A DNA stretch of 64,000 nt from Candidatus Nealsonbacteria bacterium (GTDB taxonomy: Bacteria > Patescibacteriota > Minisyncoccia > Minisyncoccales > JANBVM01). The position numbers and the translations under genes are program-made. The stretch is taken from positions 256,776 to 320,775 of the forward strand of contig CP179889.1 of NCBI GenBank assembly GCA_047456315.1. The letters are read 5' to 3'. Shown here piece after piece: positions 42,347-51,581 of the stretch (position 1 is its first letter; every line of letters begins with the position of its first letter). Under the pieces are notes generated by a model. That model saw only the letters and a program-made list of their open reading frames with translations. It ran no database searches and was not told the origin of the DNA.

Positions 42347-44092
42347 TTACACTAAAATTTCCTGCTCTTTTTCTTTAGACTGAAGCTGCCATAAATAAGA
42401 ATAAAGCCCTTTCTTTTTTATTAACTCATTATGGTTTCCTGACTCAACAATTTTGCCTTGTTCTAAAACAATAATTCTATTAGCTTTTCTAATAGTTGAG
42501 AATCTGTGAGCAATAATTAAAACAGTTCGATTTCTAGCGATTTTCCATAAAGCATCCTGAATCAGGCGTTCCGATTCAGAATCAAGATTACTGGTTGCTT
42601 CATCAAAAATAATGATTTTCGGATTAGTTAAAAGCATTCTGGCAATTGCCAAACGTTGTTTTTGACCGCCAGATAATTTAATTCCTCTTTCACCAACCAT
42701 TGTCTTATAGCCCAAAGGTAGGTTATTGATAAATCTATCAAGGTTTGCCATTTTAACAACTTGCTCAATATCAGCTTTTTTGGCTTTTGGATTTCCATAG
42801 CTAACGTTAAAACCAATTGTATTATTAAAAAGAATAGGTTCCTGAGGCACGATGCCAATCAAGCTTCGCAACTGGGCTTTTGTCAAATCACGAACATCAA
42901 TTTCGTTAATTAGTATTTCCCCCTTTACGACGTCATAGAATCTTAATAGCAATCTAACAATAGTTGTTTTTCCTACACCAGAGCGGCCTACAAAAGCAAC
43001 TGATTCTCCGGACTTAATATGTAAGTTAATGTCGCATAACAAATCTTGTTTATTGTCTGGATAGCTAAAACTTACATTATTAAACTGAATTTCTCCGCTA
43101 ATTTCTTTAACTTTAACAGGATTTACTGGATCTTTTATTAATATTTCTTCATCTAAAATAGAAAAGTAACGTTCAATGTCAGCATAGTACTTAGCCATCT
43201 CTCTTAAGCGATGGAGTAAATCAAAGAAACGAAAATAAAAAGCAGTAGTAAAACTGATAACCAGCACCAAATCACCAATAGTAATATCGCCGTTTACTAA
43301 TTTATTAATAACAATGAGAAAAATAGCTAAAATTCCAAAGTTAGAGAAGGTGCCTACCGAGATTTCCATTAAACGAAAACTATTTGCATATCCCCAGAGC
43401 TTTTTTAGCCAGTCTTTAAATTCTTTTTTTAATCTGTTTTCCTCTCTTTTTTCCTGGGCAAAAAACTTAACAGTTTCATAATTAATCATGTTGTCAGCAA
43501 CAATACCTGAGATTTTATCTTCAGATATTAAGAAAACCTTTCTTTTTTTAATATTGAATTTAATTAAATGCCAGCTGATAAAAGTATTAATTATAAAAAT
43601 CAGGAGCATTAAAAAGGAAATCAGGGGTGTGATTCTGTTAAAGAAAAATATGACAATAATTAAGCTGATTATTGTTTCGATAATATTGAAATGTAGATTA
43701 TGAAAAATATTGAAAAAAGCATTATCTCCTCTTTTAAAAGCGCTTATTAAAGAACCAGTGCTTTTATTAACATGAAAGGCAAAGTCTAAGTCTTGAATAC
43801 GTTTAAAAACAAGTATTCGGACATCTCTGCTTGACGGGAGAAGAACTTTATCTCCAAGGTAGCGGCTTAGAACTTGCAGCCAATTAGCAGTAAGTCTCAC
43901 GCCAACAAATAAAATTACAATTTTTACTAATAATTGGTAGTCATAAGAAGGAATTGCATCAACTAAAATTTTATAAATAAGAGGTATAAGATTACTTATA
44001 ACTGTTGCAGCAACCATTACAAAAACAAACACAATATATTGCTTTTTATAATTAAGTATAAATCTAAAAAATGTTTTAAAAATTTTAAACAT
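42347..44092 (-). CDS. ABC transporter, fused permease/ATPase (MsbA-like exporter)
   Basis: A 6-TM N-terminal half, then GRSGVGKTT, LSGGQKQR and IIIFDEATS. Confidence 0.9.
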   Translation of the reverse strand: MFKIFKTFFRFILNYKKQYIVFVFVMVAATVISNLIPLIYKILVDAIPSYDYQLLVKIVILFVGVRLTANWLQVLSRYLGDKVLLPSSRDVRILVFKRIQDLDFAFHVNKSTGSLISAFKRGDNAFFNIFHNLHFNIIETIISLIIVIFFFNRITPLISFLMLLIFIINTFISWHLIKFNIKKRKVFLISEDKISGIVADNMINYETVKFFAQEKREENRLKKEFKDWLKKLWGYANSFRLMEISVGTFSNFGILAIFLIVINKLVNGDITIGDLVLVISFTTAFYFRFFDLLHRLREMAKYYADIERYFSILDEEILIKDPVNPVKVKEISGEIQFNNVSFSYPDNKQDLLCDINLHIKSGESVAFVGRSGVGKTTIVRLLLRFYDVVKGEILINEIDVRDLTKAQLRSLIGIVPQEPILFNNTIGFNVSYGNPKAKKADIEQVVKMANLDRFINNLPLGYKTMVGERGIKLSGGQKQRLAIARMLLTNPKIIIFDEATSNLDSESERLIQDALWKIARNRTVLIIAHRFSTIRKANRIIVLEQGKIVESGNHNELIKKKGLYSYLWQLQSKEKEQEILV

Positions 44093-44243
44093 AAATTATA
44101 AAAATGCCTCAGTTGAGGCTCTTTAGTTTGTTTATTATAAAACAAAAATCAGAAATGTAAAGGATTTTGTTTTTATTTTTATTAAAACTTGATATAATTA
44201 TTGTTAGTTTGACCATTAATATTTAAAACTTTATACTTAAATA

Positions 44244-45629
44244 ATGGCAAGAGGAAGAAAAAAAACAAAAAAAAGAGGAAGGCCAAGAATCTATCCTAAA
44301 AAAGTTCGCTCAAGGGGAAGGCCCAGAAAAAGAGGAAGGCCAAGAAAAACTAAACTGGAAAAAGGCCAGGAGCAAATCAAAAAGGTCAAGATTAGATTGA
44401 TTGGTATTGGTGGAGGAGGAAGCTCAATAGTTTCTGAAATTGCTCAGAGAGTAAAAGGAGCTTCTTTTTATGCAGCTAACACAGATGTTAAGGCCTTAGG
44501 TGCTTTGTCAAAAAAAATAAAAAAGTTTCAGTTCGGCGAGGCTTTAACTGGCGGCTTAGGAACAGGCATGAATCCTGAGATAGGGGAGGAAGCTGCTAGA
44601 AATGAAAGAGATAGAATTAAGGAGATAATGAAAGGCCAGGACTTTGTTATTTTAGTGTCTTGTTTGGGAGGAGGTTTGGGTTCTGGTGCAGCTCCTATTT
44701 TTGCACGGCTTTCAAAGAATTTAAACAATCTAACTTATGGTATTTTTACTCTGCCTTTTAAATTTGAAGGAGAAAAGAAAATGCAAACTGCAAAAAAGGC
44801 ACTGGAGAGTTTAAAAACAGAATTAAATGCTTTTTCTATTATTCCCAATGAAAGAATCTTTCAGATTATTGACAGAAGCGCACCGCTAAAAAGAGCTTTG
44901 TCATCCATTAATAAAAGCCTGTCCATCAGTCTTCAGGGATTGATTGAAATAATTTACAAACCAGGAATAATTAACATTGATTTCGCTGATTTAAAAACTA
45001 TTTTTGAAGGTAAAGGAAAACTTGCTTATCTAAATGCAATAGAGATTTCAAAGGATGATGATAAAGATGCGCTTAATAAAATAATTAATTATCCTCTTTA
45101 CCCTTATAGCATCCAGGGAGCTAAAGGCTTGTTGTTTAATATTTCAGGCCAGCGTGACCTTTCTTTACTTCAGGTCAATCAGATTTCTGAAACTATTTCC
45201 AAACTAGCAAGCAAAGAAGCAAAGATTATTTTTGGTATTTCCAAAAACAGCAGGGGTTCAAAAATAAAGATAAATTTACTTGGCACTGGCTGCAGCGGAA
45301 GAGATATTCTTGAAAAGACAAAGCTTAAAATTAAAGCTAAACCCAAGTTAAAAGCCAAGAAAGCAGTTAAAACAGAAGTGAAGAAAATAAAAAAAATCAA
45401 AAGATATAAAAAAGTTAAAAGAATAAAGGTTAAGGTTAAAAAAATAAAGTCTCCAGCTCAACTAATCCCGTCTATGTCAGTTCAACCTGTAAGGCAGGGA
45501 GAGGTTAAGATAAGGAAAAATGCTCTGCAAATAAGAAAGGAAATGGAAGAAGCAGAAGCAGAGATAGTTTCAAAAGAAAAACTCTGGGAGACACCAGCTT
45601 TCTTAAGGAGAAAAACATCACAAGATTAA
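44244..45629 (+). CDS. ftsZ: cell division protein FtsZ with AT-hook-like N-terminal extension and lysine-rich linker
   Basis: GIGGGGSSIV, GGLGTGMNPEIG and GGGLGSGAAP motifs, with a C-terminal TPAFLRRK peptide. The N-terminus carries RGRPR three times. Confidence 0.93.
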   Translation: MARGRKKTKKRGRPRIYPKKVRSRGRPRKRGRPRKTKLEKGQEQIKKVKIRLIGIGGGGSSIVSEIAQRVKGASFYAANTDVKALGALSKKIKKFQFGEALTGGLGTGMNPEIGEEAARNERDRIKEIMKGQDFVILVSCLGGGLGSGAAPIFARLSKNLNNLTYGIFTLPFKFEGEKKMQTAKKALESLKTELNAFSIIPNERIFQIIDRSAPLKRALSSINKSLSISLQGLIEIIYKPGIINIDFADLKTIFEGKGKLAYLNAIEISKDDDKDALNKIINYPLYPYSIQGAKGLLFNISGQRDLSLLQVNQISETISKLASKEAKIIFGISKNSRGSKIKINLLGTGCSGRDILEKTKLKIKAKPKLKAKKAVKTEVKKIKKIKRYKKVKRIKVKVKKIKSPAQLIPSMSVQPVRQGEVKIRKNALQIRKEMEEAEAEIVSKEKLWETPAFLRRKTSQD

Positions 45630-45638
45630 TAATTTATT

Positions 45639-46562
45639 ATGTACGATTTAATTATAATTGGCGGAGGACCAGCCGGCATTACAGCCGGTATTTACGCAGC
45701 AAGGCAAAAAACCAAAACACTGCTGATTACAAAAAACTTTGGAGGACAGATTACAAAAAAAGCTGTAGCTATTGAGAATTATCCTGGATTTGAAGAAATC
45801 ACAGGGCTTGATTTGATTAAAAAGTTCGAAAATCATTTAAGAAAATTCAAGGACCAGGTTGAAATCAAGATAGAAGAAATAGTAAAAGTTGAAAAGCAGG
45901 AGAATGTTTTTTTAGTTTGCACCAAGAACAACGTTAAATTCAAATCAAAAGTTGTTATTATTGCCACTGGAGCTGGTCCAAGGGCGCTGGACATTCCAGG
46001 CGAAGAGGAGTTTATAGGCAAAGGTGTCAGTTTTTGCGCAGTTTGTGATGGAGCAGTATTTTCTGGCAAAGATGTGGCTGTTATTGGAGGAGGTAATTCT
46101 GGATTTGAAACAGCTCTTTTCTTAAGTAATATTGCTAATAAAATATATATTTTAGAGTATGGTTCTGAGCCAAAAGCTGATAGAGAAATCCAGGAAATAA
46201 TTAAAAAAAGCAAGAAAACTGAGATTATCATTAATGCTAAGTTAAAAGAAATTAAAGGCGATAAGTTTGTTCATTCTTTAGTTTATGAAGATAGGGTTAG
46301 TAAAGAAGAAAAAACCTTGAAAGTTGAAGGAGTGTTTGTTGAAATAGGATTAGTTCCAGCAGGTTCAATTGTTAAAAATTTGGTTGATTTTAATCAAATG
46401 AATGAAATAAAAATCAAATCAGAGAATGGTGAAACAAAAACACCAGGTCTTTTTGCTGCAGGTGATGTTAATGAAGGTAAATACAAGCAAATTGTTGCTA
46501 GTTGTGGTGAAGGAGCAAAAGCATTTTTAGCTGCTTTTGATTATTTAAAAAAACATAATTAG
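45639..46562 (+). CDS. trxB: thioredoxin-disulfide reductase
   Basis: IIGGGPAGITAGIYAAR, the redox-active CAVCDG, and GGGNSGFE. Confidence 0.92.
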   Translation: MYDLIIIGGGPAGITAGIYAARQKTKTLLITKNFGGQITKKAVAIENYPGFEEITGLDLIKKFENHLRKFKDQVEIKIEEIVKVEKQENVFLVCTKNNVKFKSKVVIIATGAGPRALDIPGEEEFIGKGVSFCAVCDGAVFSGKDVAVIGGGNSGFETALFLSNIANKIYILEYGSEPKADREIQEIIKKSKKTEIIINAKLKEIKGDKFVHSLVYEDRVSKEEKTLKVEGVFVEIGLVPAGSIVKNLVDFNQMNEIKIKSENGETKTPGLFAAGDVNEGKYKQIVASCGEGAKAFLAAFDYLKKHN

Positions 46563-46584
46563 GAAATAAAAAAAAGATCAGAGC

Positions 46585-47841
46585 ATGAAAAGCTCTAAAA
46601 TTAGAAAAGTTAAAGCCAGAGAAATCTTGGATTCTCGTGGAAACCCTACTATTGAGGTTGAGTTAGAAACCAATGACGGGGTTTTTGTTTCAAGCGCTCC
46701 TTCTGGCGCTTCAGCTGGAAAATATGAGGCAGTTGAATTAAGGGATAAAGAGAAAAGATATTTTGGAAAAGGGGTTTTGAGAGCAGTAGATAATGTTAAT
46801 GATATTATTGCTCCTAAAATCATTAGCAAAGACCCAGGTTCTCAAAAGCAAATCGATGCTTTAATGATTAAGTTAGATGGAACCGAGAATAAATCCTATT
46901 TAGGCGCTAATGCAATCTATCCAGTATCTTTGGCAATATGCAGAGCAGGAGCAGGTTCTAAGAAATTAGAGCTTTTTCAATACATCAATAAAATTGCAAA
47001 AAGGGTATATGGGTTGAAAGTTGAAAAACCAGAGCTGCCCAATCCTTTGTTTAATGTAATTAATGGAGGGGTTCATTCTGGGAGTCAGTTAGATATTCAG
47101 GAATTCATGCTGGTTATTGATGATGAGTCTTTCTCAAAAATACTACAAATAGGTTCTGAGATTTATCATCAGCTTAAAAATCTACTTTTGAAAAAATATG
47201 GTAAAATAGCAACTAATGTCGGTGATGAAGGGGGATTTGCTCCTCCTTTTGTTGATTCAGAGCAAGCCCTGGAGTTTATTTTCAAAGCAGCAAAAGATTT
47301 GGGTTATGAAAGTAAAGTAAAAGTTATTTTAGATGTTGCTTCTTCTCAGTTTTTTGACAATGGAAAGTATAAGATGAATATCGGTGTTTTTACCACAGAT
47401 GGGCTCTTAAGATATTATTCAAATTTGTTGTCAAAATATCCAATCTTAGGATTAGAAGATCCTTTTTCTGAAGATGACTGGCAGGGATTTAAAAGTATCA
47501 ATAAAAAGTTCGGTAAAAAGATATTGATTATAGGAGATGATTTGTTGGTTACAAATTCAGAAAGAATTAAAAAAGCAAAAGCTAAAAAAGCAGTAAATGC
47601 CATGATTTTAAAAATTAACCAGATTGGTACAGTTTCAGAAACACTTCAGGCAGCAAAGCTGGCTAAACAGTTTGGCTGGAAAACAATAGTTTCTCATAGA
47701 TCAGGGGAAACAGATGATAATTTTATTGCTGATTTTTCTGTTGGTATTGGGGCTGATTTTATTAAAACAGGCGCTCCAGCAAGAGGAGAAAGAATAGTAA
47801 AATACAACAGATTATTGAGAATTGAAGAAGAATTAAAATGA
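46585..47841 (+). CDS. eno: enolase
   Basis: REILDSRGNPTIEVE, SGASAGKYEA, ILKINQIGT and SHRSGETDD motifs. Confidence 0.96.
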   Translation: MKSSKIRKVKAREILDSRGNPTIEVELETNDGVFVSSAPSGASAGKYEAVELRDKEKRYFGKGVLRAVDNVNDIIAPKIISKDPGSQKQIDALMIKLDGTENKSYLGANAIYPVSLAICRAGAGSKKLELFQYINKIAKRVYGLKVEKPELPNPLFNVINGGVHSGSQLDIQEFMLVIDDESFSKILQIGSEIYHQLKNLLLKKYGKIATNVGDEGGFAPPFVDSEQALEFIFKAAKDLGYESKVKVILDVASSQFFDNGKYKMNIGVFTTDGLLRYYSNLLSKYPILGLEDPFSEDDWQGFKSINKKFGKKILIIGDDLLVTNSERIKKAKAKKAVNAMILKINQIGTVSETLQAAKLAKQFGWKTIVSHRSGETDDNFIADFSVGIGADFIKTGAPARGERIVKYNRLLRIEEELK

Positions 47842-49049
47842 AGAAAATTCTTTTAATAATTATAGATGGACTAGGAGACAGACCAATTAAAAAGCTTGAC
47901 AACAAAACTCCTTTAGAGGCAGCTAAAACTTTGAATCTGGATTATCTGGCCTCAAAAGGCACTTGCGGGCTTATTGATCCGTTTTATTTTCCCTGGCAGA
48001 AATATCCTCGTTCAGATACTGCTCATTTGGCTTTGCTTGGATGTAATCCAAAGGATTTTTATTTAGGAAGAGGTGTCTATGAAGCGGTTGGTGAAGGTAT
48101 GGATGTTAGAAAAGGTGATGTTGCTCTGCGAGCAAACTTTGGCACTGTAGATAAGAACCTAAAAATTATTGACAGAAGAGCAGGAAGAATTAACAATACC
48201 AGGGTTTTAGTTAAAGCGCTGTCTGGAATTAAAATCAAAGGAGTTAAATTTTTAATAGAAAAATCTTTAGGTCATCGCGCAGTTTTACTTTTAAGGGGGA
48301 AAAATATCTCTTCAGCTATTGGCGGCGGTGATGTTGATAAAAAGCCTGGGATAAAAGCTAGAAAGATTATTCCTTTGAATAAATCTGAAAAAGCTAAATT
48401 CACTGCAAATGTTTTAAATGAATTTATTAAAGAAGTTCATAAAAGATTAGAAAATCATCCTTTAAATAAGAAAAGAAAAAGGCAGGGGCTTTTGCCTGCT
48501 AATTATCTTCTGGTTAGGGGAGCAGGTCAGTTTAAAGAAACCCCTAGTTTTAGCAGAAAATACAACCTTAAAGCAGGATGCATTGCTGCAGGTCATGTTT
48601 ATAGGGGAGTGGCAAAGATTCTAGGAATGGATTTAATAAATGTTATAGGGGCAACAGGCAATACTGATACAAATCTAAAAGGAAAAGTTTCTGCAATTAA
48701 AAGAAGTTTGAAAAAATATGACTTTATTTTCTGTCACATAAAAGCAACAGACATATTGTCAGAGAATGGAGATTGTTTTGGTAAAATGAAATTTATTGAA
48801 AAAATTGACAAAAGCATCAGGCCTTTGCTAAACCTTAAAGATACAGTTGTTGTTATTACCGCTGATCATTGTACCTGTTGTGAAATAAAAAAACATTGCA
48901 AAGATTTAATTCCTGTTTTAATATATAGGTCATCTGATGATTTTAAAAAACCAAAGATTAAGTTTTCTGAAAAGGCATGTAAAGAAGGCGGGCTTGGCAG
49001 ATTTAAACAAATTAATTTAATGAAAAAAATCTTAAAGTTTACAAAATAA
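47838..49049 (+). CDS. apgM: cofactor-independent phosphoglycerate mutase, archaeal type
   Basis: LLIIIDGLGDRP, RSDTAHLALLG and VVITADH motifs. ATGA overlap with eno. Confidence 0.85.
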   Translation: MKKILLIIIDGLGDRPIKKLDNKTPLEAAKTLNLDYLASKGTCGLIDPFYFPWQKYPRSDTAHLALLGCNPKDFYLGRGVYEAVGEGMDVRKGDVALRANFGTVDKNLKIIDRRAGRINNTRVLVKALSGIKIKGVKFLIEKSLGHRAVLLLRGKNISSAIGGGDVDKKPGIKARKIIPLNKSEKAKFTANVLNEFIKEVHKRLENHPLNKKRKRQGLLPANYLLVRGAGQFKETPSFSRKYNLKAGCIAAGHVYRGVAKILGMDLINVIGATGNTDTNLKGKVSAIKRSLKKYDFIFCHIKATDILSENGDCFGKMKFIEKIDKSIRPLLNLKDTVVVITADHCTCCEIKKHCKDLIPVLIYRSSDDFKKPKIKFSEKACKEGGLGRFKQINLMKKILKFTK

Positions 49050-49051
49050 TT

Positions 49052-50254
49052 ATGAATCAAAAAGAACAAAAGTTTGTAAGAGAAACCCAAAGAAGAATAA
49101 AACAAGTGCCTGTTTCGAGCGGAAGATCAAATAAATTGGGAAGAATCAGTTTTGATGATCTTGTTTTTATTCCTGCTCAATTAAATAAAAAACCAGTAGA
49201 TTATTACAAGGAAGAAATCAGTGCAGAAACAATTATTGGCAAAAGAAGCAAGAAGCCGATTAAAATTAAAGCCCCAATTATTTTCGGGGCAATGAGTTTT
49301 GGTTCTTTGAGCAAAGAAGCAAAAATTTCTTTGGCAAAAGCCTCAAATATAGCAGGAACAATGGCAAATACTGGAGAAGGAGGAATGCTGCCAGAAGAAA
49401 GAGAATTTTCAAAACATTTAATAATTCAATACTCGACTGGAAGATTTGGAATTAGCGAAGAGGTATTGAAAAAAGCTGATGCAATAGAAATTAAAATTGG
49501 TCAGGGGGCTAAAGGCGGAATGGGAGGACTGCTTCTAGCTGACAAAGTAACAAAAGAAATTGCAGAAATAAGAAAAATAGAAATGGGAAAAGACATTCAT
49601 TCTCCGGCTTATCATCACGATATACCAAACATTAAAGAATTAGAAAAAAGAGTTAATTATTTGAGAGAAATTACAGGGGGCGTTCCTATTATCATTAAAA
49701 TTGCTGGAGGTGATATTGAAAATGATGTAAAACTGGCAGTGTCTGCTAACTCTGACATCATTGCAATTGATGGAATGGAGGGGGGAACAGGCGCTGCTCC
49801 AACCACTGTTTTAAATAATATGGGCCTGCCAACTTTAGCAGCTCTGTCAAAGGCAAGAGAGGTTCTGGATAAGATGGGAGCCAAACAAGAATTATGGATT
49901 GGCGGAGGTTTAAACAATCCAGCTGATTTTGCCAAGGCTTTGGCTTTAGGCGCTGATGCTGTGTTTTGCGCCAGCGTGCTGTTAATTGCTATGGGCTGTA
50001 TTAGATGCGGGCTGTGCCAGCTTGGTAAATGTCCTGGTGGAATAGCTACCCAGGATGAAGAATTAAGGAAAAAGTTGAACATTGAACAGGCCAGTCAGAA
50101 CATAGCCAATTTTGTTAAAAACTCTACCGAAGAGATTAAAATGATTGCTGGCGCCTGCGGAGAAAATAATATTCATCAATTAAATAAAGGTCATTTAAGA
50201 GCATTAAGCTCAAAAATTTCAAGAATAACCAAAGTTAAATTAGCAGGCGAATAA
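49052..50254 (+). CDS. glutamate synthase-related FMN-binding protein (GltB domain 2-like)
   Basis: IKIGQGAKGGMGG, IDGMEGGTGAAP and GGGLNNPADFAKALALGAD motifs. Confidence 0.75.
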   Translation: MNQKEQKFVRETQRRIKQVPVSSGRSNKLGRISFDDLVFIPAQLNKKPVDYYKEEISAETIIGKRSKKPIKIKAPIIFGAMSFGSLSKEAKISLAKASNIAGTMANTGEGGMLPEEREFSKHLIIQYSTGRFGISEEVLKKADAIEIKIGQGAKGGMGGLLLADKVTKEIAEIRKIEMGKDIHSPAYHHDIPNIKELEKRVNYLREITGGVPIIIKIAGGDIENDVKLAVSANSDIIAIDGMEGGTGAAPTTVLNNMGLPTLAALSKAREVLDKMGAKQELWIGGGLNNPADFAKALALGADAVFCASVLLIAMGCIRCGLCQLGKCPGGIATQDEELRKKLNIEQASQNIANFVKNSTEEIKMIAGACGENNIHQLNKGHLRALSSKISRITKVKLAGE

Positions 50255-50255
50255 T

Positions 50256-50438
50256 ATGGCAGTAAGTTATAAAGTGAATAAAGATAAATGTATTAGCTGC
50301 GGAGCTTGCATTTCAATTTGCCCTAAAGGAGCAGAGTGGGATGATGACGGAAAATCAAAGATTAAAAATTCAGAAGAAATAGAAGAGTGCGGAGGAGAAA
50401 CAATCTGCCCTTATGGGGCAATTGAAAAACAAGAATAG
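50256..50438 (+). CDS. 4Fe-4S ferredoxin
   Basis: 60 aa with CISCGACISICP plus a distal CGGETICP. Confidence 0.8.
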   Translation: MAVSYKVNKDKCISCGACISICPKGAEWDDDGKSKIKNSEEIEECGGETICPYGAIEKQE

Positions 50439-50467
50439 CAGATATTGACATATTGTTACATACATTG

Positions 50468-50489
50468 AAACCGACTAGACGGTCGGTTT
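50468..50489 (+). repeat. hairpin AAACCGAC-loop-GTCGGTTT, left copy flanking the HNH gene
   Basis: 8-bp stem with a 6-nt loop. The same stem sequence recurs at 51122-51148. Confidence 0.7.
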
Positions 50490-50529
50490 ACTTTCTTATA
50501 GGGAGTAGTAAAATAAAAATATAGAAGTT

Positions 50530-51009
50530 ATGAAATGTTATTTGTGTGGAACAACTGAAAATAAAGACGGTACTTTTGTTATGCGTCGTATATGTAAAGA
50601 ATGTGTAAATAAAAAAGCTCACCAATATTATTTAGAGAATCCAGAAAAATTTAAAAAAAGAAGTAGATTATGGAAGAAAGAAAATAAAGAAAAGGTAATT
50701 GAGATGAGCAAAAGATATAGGAAAGGATTAAAAGTTAAAGCATTGAAAGCATATAGTAATAACAAAGAACAGAGGTGTATTTGTTGTGGAGAAACAGAAG
50801 TAGATTTTTTATGTTTAGATCATATTGATAATGATGGAACTGAACAGAGGAAAAAATATGGGCTTGGAACCTCATTTTTAAAATGGCTAAAGGCTAATAA
50901 TTATCCGAAGAATTTAAGATTACAGGTTATGTGTCTTAACTGCAATATGAGTAAAAGGATACAGGGCAGTGTTTGTATTCACCAATTGAGAAAGAAAAAA
51001 AAGCAATAA
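50530..51009 (+). CDS. HNH endonuclease with N-terminal zinc-ribbon
   Basis: CYLCG...CKEC, then CICCGETEVDFLCLDHIDNDG ... VMCLNCNMSK. Confidence 0.75.
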   Translation: MKCYLCGTTENKDGTFVMRRICKECVNKKAHQYYLENPEKFKKRSRLWKKENKEKVIEMSKRYRKGLKVKALKAYSNNKEQRCICCGETEVDFLCLDHIDNDGTEQRKKYGLGTSFLKWLKANNYPKNLRLQVMCLNCNMSKRIQGSVCIHQLRKKKKQ

Positions 51010-51036
51010 ATAGTATTGGAAAAGATTATTAATTTA

Positions 51037-51057
51037 ACAGAGGAACCCTCTGTTTTT
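51037..51057 (+). terminator. intrinsic terminator after the HNH gene
   Basis: ACAGAGG-AAC-CCTCTGT followed by TTTT. Confidence 0.6.
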
Positions 51058-51121
51058 ATAATTAATGAGAGTTCACATGCTGTTTATATGCATTGACGTA
51101 AACCTCAGGTCTTGTTAAACT

Positions 51122-51148
51122 AAAAACCGACCGATATCGTCGGTTTTT
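51122..51148 (+). repeat. hairpin AAAAACCGAC-loop-GTCGGTTTTT, right copy flanking the HNH gene
   Basis: It has the same CCGAC/GTCGG stem as 50468-50489. It ends 4 nt before the Rrf2 start codon. Confidence 0.7.
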
Positions 51149-51152
51149 CACC

Positions 51153-51566
51153 ATGAGGATTTCTAAAAAATCACAATACGGATTAAGGGCAATGACTTAT
51201 TTAGCAGGTGTTTTTAATAAAAACAAGATTTGTTCTTTAAGAGAAATTTCTGAAAAAGAAAACATTTCTTTTGATTATTTGGAAAAGATAGTTTCACAAT
51301 TAGAGAAAAATAAATTAGTTAAATCAAAAAGAGGCGTTAAGGGCGGATACTGCTTAGCCCGCCATCCTAAAAAAATTAAGGTGGGTGAGGTTATTGAAGT
51401 ACTGGAAGAAACAATAGCTCCTGTTAATTGTATTGCCACTCAAAAAGAAAAAAAATATCACTGCCCTAGAAGAAAGATCTGTAAAACCGTTTCTGTTTGG
51501 CAGAAAGTTCGGGATTCTTTAAATTCTACTTTAAATTCAATAACATTAGCTGACTTGATTAAATAA
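51153..51566 (+). CDS. Rrf2 family transcriptional regulator (IscR-like)
   Basis: MRISKKSQYGLRAMTYLA, followed by three Cys (CIATQKEKKYHCPRRKIC) as possible cluster ligands. Confidence 0.85.
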   Translation: MRISKKSQYGLRAMTYLAGVFNKNKICSLREISEKENISFDYLEKIVSQLEKNKLVKSKRGVKGGYCLARHPKKIKVGEVIEVLEETIAPVNCIATQKEKKYHCPRRKICKTVSVWQKVRDSLNSTLNSITLADLIK

Positions 51567-51581
51567 TAATTTTTTAAAATT

